Part shown: positions 63,500-64,000 of the stretch, in pieces
Position numbering within the stretch: the first letter of the stretch is position 1
How the letters are laid out: each line of letters opens with the position of its first letter
Source of the DNA: Mobula hypostoma
Taxonomy: Eukaryota
Direction of reading: 5' to 3'
Length of the DNA: 64,000 nt
Assembly (NCBI RefSeq): GCF_963921235.1
Contig: NC_086107.1
Coordinates: forward strand, 95,048,001 to 95,112,000
Notes under the pieces: generated by a model
What the model saw: only the letters and a program-made list of their open reading frames with translations
Database searches by the model: none
Told to the model about the DNA's origin: nothing
Position numbers and translations under genes: made by a program

Positions 63500-63725
63500 A
63501 TCCGCCCTTTGAGACCCACAGGGTCTCATACAGAGAGAGAGAGGACTGAGAGTCTATGCACAAAAGCTCAAATAAAGCCATGCATTTACTCCCAAATTTG
63601 GGTTAAACTATAGTTTTCTGCGCTTAAGACTCAAAGTGTTCTCTCCCTAACTCCCTAGGCCGCTGAGCCAAAAACCCATCCCTTCGTAACTGAGACAGGA
63701 AAAAAGACTCGGGAGCCTTCACAGC

Positions 63726-64000
63726 CTAATCCCCACATATCTCATCTCTCTCCTGTTCGTCTTGCGTGTCTCGTAGACTGTACGAATACATCATTGGTGT
63801 CTCCTTCTCCATAGGGCTCGACCCAACAATTTCCAGGAGCATTGGAAACCGTTTCATTGCAGCACGCACTACAAGCGACTTGAGGCATGGAAGAAAACAG
63901 CACAGAATGACCGCACAGCTTAGCAATACAATACCAATGGTTACTGCAATCTTGGTCAGCCATGCTCCCCATCCTCCTAGTTTACTATTTAACCAGTCAA
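63726..64000 (-). CDS. env: Endogenous retrovirus env C-terminus (membrane anchor and cytoplasmic tail), runs off the window edge
   Basis: Open frame DWLNSKLGGWGAWLTKIAVTIGIVLLSCAVILCCFLPCLKSLVVRAAMK...*; Trp-rich membrane-proximal segment, TM and CCxxPC; followed by a PPT and LTR. Confidence 0.8.
   Translation of the reverse strand, partial: DWLNSKLGGWGAWLTKIAVTIGIVLLSCAVILCCFLPCLKSLVVRAAMKRFPMLLEIVGSSPMEKETPMMYSYSLRDTQDEQERDEICGD

Noticed and set aside
51446..64000. Further PAQR4 exons
   Set aside because: No segment resembling the next expected region (GSVLYHLFM-type TM helices) was found by eye; they probably lie beyond the window.

Overview
Vertebrate genomic DNA, not prokaryotic. The repeat content (CR1 and Rex1/Babar LINEs, Penelope-like termini) suggests a cartilaginous fish, probably a ray; this is an inference. 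Three spliced genes lie on the + strand. (1) The last nine coding exons of an intron-rich PELO (pelota), 2842-20393, colinear with residues ~126-385 of the human protein. (2) A complete KREMEN2 (25970-37090; signal peptide, kringle, WSC, CUB, TM, tail) with a candidate extra 93-nt exon. (3) Coding exon 1 of PAQR4 (51286-51445), matching the KREMEN2-PAQR4 adjacency known in human. The remainder is retroelements, minisatellites and C/T tracts. The most notable signals are: a dispersed Penelope-like terminal repeat carrying a minimal type I hammerhead ribozyme motif, with copies joined or truncated at the predicted cleavage site and two foldback insertions; the env TM end, PPT and 3' LTR of an endogenous retrovirus at the right edge; a Mag-like Gypsy element with an in-frame deletion of its RT core; and a Harbinger-like element with 37-bp TIRs. 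All calls were made by eye, without database searches.
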